Assembly: GCA_012269595.1 (NCBI GenBank)
Contig: JAAXJX010000005.1
Span: forward strand, 143,472 to 207,471
Direction: 5' to 3'
Length of the DNA stretch: 64,000 nucleotides
Origin: Planctomycetia bacterium
GTDB lineage: Bacteria; Planctomycetota; UBA8108; UBA1146
The notes beneath the pieces were generated by a model that saw only the letters and a program-made list of their open reading frames with translations, did not search any database and had not been told where the DNA came from. A program made the translations under genes and the position numbers. This document shows, piece by piece, positions 61,987 to 64,000 of the stretch (position 1 is its first letter; every line of letters starts with the position of its first letter).

Positions 61987-63339
61987 ATGAAGCCGTTTTC
62001 CCGCATACTGGTTGCCAATCGTGGTGAGATTGCCCAACGGGTCATCCGCGCATGCCGCGAACTCGGCATCGAATCCGTGGCGGTCTATTCCGAAGCGGAT
62101 CGCCACGCGAGTTACCTCGACCTTGCCGATCACAAAGTCTGCATAGGCCCTGCGCCGAGCCTCAATTCCTATCTGGACATCTCCAAAATCATCGCAGCGG
62201 CCGAGATTACAGATGTTGAGGCGATTCATCCGGGTTATGGATTCCTCTCCGAAAATCCACAGTTTGCCGAGATCTGTCAGTCATGCCGGATCCAGTTCAT
62301 CGGTCCCACCGTCGATAATATTCGTCAGTTGGGTGACAAGGCGATGGCACGGGAGTTGGCGATGGCCAGTGAGGTTCCCGTCGTTCCCGGTTCACCAGAG
62401 ATCGTCGAAGATGAAGAGGAAGGGCTGCGGATTTCGAGAGAGATCGGCTTCCCGGTCCTGATCAAGGCGGTGGCTGGGGGAGGCGGACGTGGCATGAGGA
62501 TTGCCCGCGAGGAATCAACCTTCGTTGCGGCATATCAGGCGGCAAGGACTGAAGCTGCCAATGCTTTCAAGAACTCGGACGTTTACATTGAAAAACTCAT
62601 CGAGAAACCGCGTCACGTCGAGATCCAGATTCTTGCAGATTCCTATGGAAGCGTGATTCACCTCGGTGAGAGGGACTGTTCCCTCCAGCGCAGACACCAG
62701 AAGTTGGTTGAAGAGAGCCCGTCACCCGCCGTGGATGACGATCTTCGGGCACGCATGGGGGCAAGTGCTGTGAATCTGGCCAAGGCCTCCGGATACCGGG
62801 GGGCAGGAACCGTCGAATTCCTGCTCGATCGGGAGGGCAACTACTACTTCATCGAGATGAACACACGGATTCAGGTCGAGCATCCGGTGACAGAGATGGT
62901 TACAGGAATCGATCTGGTCCAGGAACAGATCCGCATCGCCAGTGGAGTTCCCCTGCGATACCGCCAGGAAGATATCAAAATCAATGGCCATGCCATGGAA
63001 TGCAGGATCAACGCCGAGGACCCCTCGCGTGATTTTGCACCTTCACCGGGAAAAATCGTCGATTTCCGTGCTCCCGGGGGGATGGGAGTGCGTCTCGATT
63101 CGCACGTTTACTCGGGATACACCGTTCCCAGTAACTATGATTCACTTCTCGGCAAGCTGATCGTCCACCGTGACACCCGGGAAGAGGCGATTCTGACGAT
63201 GCGACGTGCGCTCGATGAGTTCACCATCGACGGTGTTCACACCACGATCCCCTTCTACAGCGAAGTGCTCCAGCACTTCCACTTCGTCAAGGGCAATCTC
63301 GACACCGGCTTCATTGAAGAGTATCTGATCGACGCCTGA
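61987..63339 (+). CDS. accC: Acetyl-CoA carboxylase biotin carboxylase subunit
   Basis: [10 protein letters not shown]..., [22 protein letters not shown]. Confidence 0.96.
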   Translation: MKPFSRILVANRGEIAQRVIRACRELGIESVAVYSEADRHASYLDLADHKVCIGPAPSLNSYLDISKIIAAAEITDVEAIHPGYGFLSENPQFAEICQSCRIQFIGPTVDNIRQLGDKAMARELAMASEVPVVPGSPEIVEDEEEGLRISREIGFPVLIKAVAGGGGRGMRIAREESTFVAAYQAARTEAANAFKNSDVYIEKLIEKPRHVEIQILADSYGSVIHLGERDCSLQRRHQKLVEESPSPAVDDDLRARMGASAVNLAKASGYRGAGTVEFLLDREGNYYFIEMNTRIQVEHPVTEMVTGIDLVQEQIRIASGVPLRYRQEDIKINGHAMECRINAEDPSRDFAPSPGKIVDFRAPGGMGVRLDSHVYSGYTVPSNYDSLLGKLIVHRDTREEAILTMRRALDEFTIDGVHTTIPFYSEVLQHFHFVKGNLDTGFIEEYLIDA

Positions 63340-63595
63340 TCAACTTTTGATCGAGAACCGGGCTTTCATCATAGGGCGGCTTCCCGCGTCTCATACTCGC
63401 TCGGGATTTCTGGAACTCCGGAGTGGATTTTCAGCGTCATTTCAAGCGTATCTGCAGACCTATAAACCACTTTCGGGTCTTGCCTCTCGTCCGTCATCGG
63501 TCACAATGGATCAATCGTCTCCAAGCACTGTTTTTCGTGGTGCAACGGTTCGTCCCAAGACCTGTGGGAGACGCCATTCTCGGAAGGGAAGTGAC

Positions 63596-64000
63596 ATGAC
63601 CAGTTTTTTCCGGACCCGCTCGACGGGCCAAACCCGGACCGCTTCATCCAAAGCGGGTTTCACCCTGATCGAACTGATGATTGTTGTGGCGATCATTGGA
63701 GTTCTCTCCACTCTGGTAACCAAGATGATTCAGATGGCCCAGGCCCGCAGTTTCGAGGCCAATGCCAAGAGTGACATCTCCACCCTTACGAGTGCCCTTG
63801 AGGCCTACGCCCGTGATGAAGGCGTCTATCCCGGATGGGATATGAAGTTGGGCGGAGAAGATCTGGAGACATTCAACTGTTTCCCGATCCTTTTCGAAAA
63901 TCTTCAGGGGGAGCGTCCGCCCGAGGGAAAAGCAGGCAAAAATGCTCCCTACAGCGATATGGCTGCGGATCGGATTGCCATCATCGATGAAGATTTCGAG
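63596..64000 (+). CDS. Prepilin-type N-terminal cleavage/methylation-domain protein (type II secretion / type IV pilin-like); 3' end outside the window
   Basis: Not in the ORF track because no stop falls inside the window. The ATG at 63596 follows GGAAGGGAAG. KAGFTLIELMIVVAIIGVLSTLV is the canonical G/FTLIE pilin N-terminus. The frame stays open for 135 codons to the window end. Confidence 0.8.
   Translation, partial: MTSFFRTRSTGQTRTASSKAGFTLIELMIVVAIIGVLSTLVTKMIQMAQARSFEANAKSDISTLTSALEAYARDEGVYPGWDMKLGGEDLETFNCFPILFENLQGERPPEGKAGKNAPYSDMAADRIAIIDEDFE

Overview
Densely coding chromosomal segment with about 50 CDS and 2 tRNAs. I found no rRNA, CRISPR array, transposase or integrase. Recognisable housekeeping genes are uvrB, nadC, accB/accC, etfB/etfA, a 1614-aa NAD-glutamate dehydrogenase, an RluD-type pseudouridine synthase, a THUMP RNA methyltransferase, mlaE/F/D, a CDF transporter and a CaCA antiporter. 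Cohesin-less dockerin-like modules, DUF1570 peptidases, a prepilin-type N-terminus, the giant GDH and frequent TTG/GTG starts suggest a PVC-type (Planctomycetota-like) genome; this is inference only. Three accessory regions stand out. (1) At 2.9-20.2 kb, five secreted proteins share one duplicated EF-hand (dockerin-like) module that always begins F-x-RGD. In three of them the module ends in a Cys-rich tail at the extreme C-terminus. One module sits at the N-terminus of a penicillin/AHL-acylase-family Ntn hydrolase, which lies next to an ECF sigma/anti-sigma pair whose anti-sigma has a Cys/His-rich tail. (2) At 31.7-38.8 kb, a membrane pseudokinase is followed by two tandem DUF1570 HExxH peptidase paralogs. 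All three carry the same short beta-rich module, and the first peptidase has a triple GGA-repeat leader. (3) At 46.4-58.1 kb on the minus strand, a tightly packed co-directional cluster encodes an FHA-GAF histidine kinase, a response regulator without a DNA-binding output, a 1636-aa PQQ-propeller/TPR/CBM9-like protein, a lipoprotein with repeated aromatic-Pro motifs, and MlaE/F/D, with no MlaA/B/C visible. I consider this cluster the best candidate for an undescribed envelope system. All functional calls come from motif recognition in the translated ORFs; no database search was run.
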